A stretch of DNA of 32,507 bases from positions 1 to 32,507 of the forward strand of contig CAZLRM010000001.1 of the NCBI GenBank assembly GCA_964561895.1, in the 5' to 3' direction. The notes beneath the pieces were generated by a model. It was given only the letters and a program-made list of their open reading frames with translations. It searched no databases and was not told the origin of the DNA. Made by a program: the position numbers and the translations under genes. The DNA is from an uncultured Christensenellaceae bacterium. GTDB taxonomy: Bacteria; Bacillota; Clostridia; Christensenellales; SZUA-584. This document shows, piece after piece, positions 31,247 to 32,507 of the stretch; the first letter of the stretch is position 1, and every line of letters begins with the position of its first letter.

Positions 31247-32164
31247 ATGAGGACAGCGTTTTTATTCCCCGGCCAGGGCGCTCAAATGCCCGGCATGGGA
31301 GCGGACTTATACAATTATCATACGATCTATACCGAAACATTTAACCTGTGTGAGCAGGGCGCGGAACTGAACCTAAAAGCTGCCTGTTTTGAAGGCAAAC
31401 GACTGGACGAAGGCGAGGTCTGCCAGCCCGCTATATTCGCGCATACCATTTCACTGCTAAAAGCGGTCCGGAACGAATGCGCGGATGCGCAAATCTGCGC
31501 CGGGCTGTCACTCGGCGAATACAGCGCGCTCACTGCCTCGGATGTATTCGGCGTCGCGCAGTGCGCCGCGCTCGTGCGTCAAAGAGGGCGCATTATGGAC
31601 GAAGCGTTCCCGCCCGGAGTGGGCGGCATGCTCTCGGTAATCGGTTTTACCGCAGAACAGGTGGAGGAAGCAATCGCGGGCTTTTCGAGCGCAAGCGTTG
31701 CCAACCACCTCTCGGAGCTGCAAACCGTTGTGGCGGGTGAGACAAGAGACCTGACGGCGCTCAAAGAGAAGTTTGAACAGGCAGGCGCAAAGATGGCCAC
31801 GCTGCTTTCGGTACGCGGTCCGTCGCATTCGCCGCTGCTGAATGACGCATCACGAAAATTCATTTCGGTGCTTCGGCGCGAGGACATCGGCGTATCAAAT
31901 AAAACCGTCTACTCCAACGCGCTGGGTGCGCCGTATCCAAAGGATGCGGATATCAGCGGATTGCTTACGGAGCAAATGCGAAGCCGTGTGCGCTGGCATG
32001 ATTGCACCGAGCACATGATCGCGCAGGGAGTATCGCGCTTTGTGGAGATCGGCCCGGGTAATGTGCTTTCTAAAATGCTCAAGCGCCGCGTGGACAAGGA
32101 TACACAAGTCGTCTCGGTGAGGGACAGGGATACGCTTGAAAAGTTTTTGGATGCTGTGAGGTAA
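31247..32164 (+). CDS. fabD: Malonyl CoA-ACP transacylase
   Basis: FLFPGQGAQ, active-site GLSLGEYSAL, VEIGPGNVL. Confidence 0.9.
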   Translation: MRTAFLFPGQGAQMPGMGADLYNYHTIYTETFNLCEQGAELNLKAACFEGKRLDEGEVCQPAIFAHTISLLKAVRNECADAQICAGLSLGEYSALTASDVFGVAQCAALVRQRGRIMDEAFPPGVGGMLSVIGFTAEQVEEAIAGFSSASVANHLSELQTVVAGETRDLTALKEKFEQAGAKMATLLSVRGPSHSPLLNDASRKFISVLRREDIGVSNKTVYSNALGAPYPKDADISGLLTEQMRSRVRWHDCTEHMIAQGVSRFVEIGPGNVLSKMLKRRVDKDTQVVSVRDRDTLEKFLDAVR

Positions 32165-32166
32165 CG

Positions 32167-32507
32167 ATGATGAACAAGGTTGCATTGGTCACAGGCGCGT
32201 CGGGCGGCATCGGCTGCGCGATATGCCTTTCGCTGGCCGAAGCAGGATTTGATATCGCGGTGCACTATAATCGAGGCAGGCATGCGGCAGAGATCCTGGC
32301 ACAGGAGATTGCGGGGATGGGCTGCTGCGCGGAAACGCTGCAGGCCGACCTGACCGATTCCGCGCAGTGTGCACGGTTGGTAGAGCAGTGTATCGAAAGA
32401 ATGGGCGGGCTGTACGCGCTCGTCAACAACGCAGGCACGACGGACGATGGGCTGCTGATGCGCATGAGCGATGCGCAGTACGAGAACGTGATGCGCGCCA
32501 ACATCGG
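32167..32507 (+). CDS. fabG: 3-oxoacyl-ACP reductase (SDR), 5' part only; continues beyond the window
   Basis: ATG at 32167; MMNKVALVTGASGGIGCAI...LVNNAGTTDDGLLMRMSDAQYENVMRANI. Not in the ORF track because no stop lies inside the window. Confidence 0.85.
   Translation, partial: MMNKVALVTGASGGIGCAICLSLAEAGFDIAVHYNRGRHAAEILAQEIAGMGCCAETLQADLTDSAQCARLVEQCIERMGGLYALVNNAGTTDDGLLMRMSDAQYENVMRANI

Overview
GC-rich, Clostridia-type chromosomal segment; the taxonomy is an inference from gene content and style. It is mostly housekeeping operons with two small, visibly AT-rich islets. Left to right: (1) the 5' part of an AIM24/DUF124 zinc-ribbon gene on the minus strand, missing from the ORF track because it runs off the window edge. 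(2) An AT-rich islet (about 430-2270) carrying a stand-alone TIR-domain gene, a possible 43-aa acidic ORF, and about 940 nt without credible ORFs. That ORF-free stretch has a promoter-like box, three copies of a 15-mer and an intrinsic terminator. (3) A short prophage remnant (holin-like gene plus 2-3 hypothetical genes, no integrase). (4) A Ddl-like ATP-grasp plus KamA-family radical SAM pair. (5) A DeoR-controlled srlD-like / PHP / rhamnulokinase-like operon. (6) A lipoprotein gene. (7) An ECF S-component plus uridine-kinase-like gene behind an unclassified terminator-containing leader. (8) Two tandem paralogous PG-binding NlpC/P60 hydrolases. (9) A tandem glycine riboswitch followed by gcvT-gcvH-gcvPA-gcvPB and a GNAT gene. 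(10) A second AT-rich islet with an orphan 62-aa ORF. (11) An APC amino-acid permease. (12) A MarR (FabT-like) regulator and a type II fatty-acid synthesis cluster, accBCDA-fabH-acpP-fabK-fabD-fabG (fabG truncated by the window end). The best candidate for something new is the TIR gene (zinc knuckle + Ser/Tyr low-complexity linker + TIR) with its adjacent ORF-free, repeat-bearing region. A second notable observation is a roughly 100-nt structured element present as an inverted pair 20.6 kb apart, each copy abutting one of the AT-rich islets. No tRNA, rRNA, CRISPR array, transposase or integrase was recognised.
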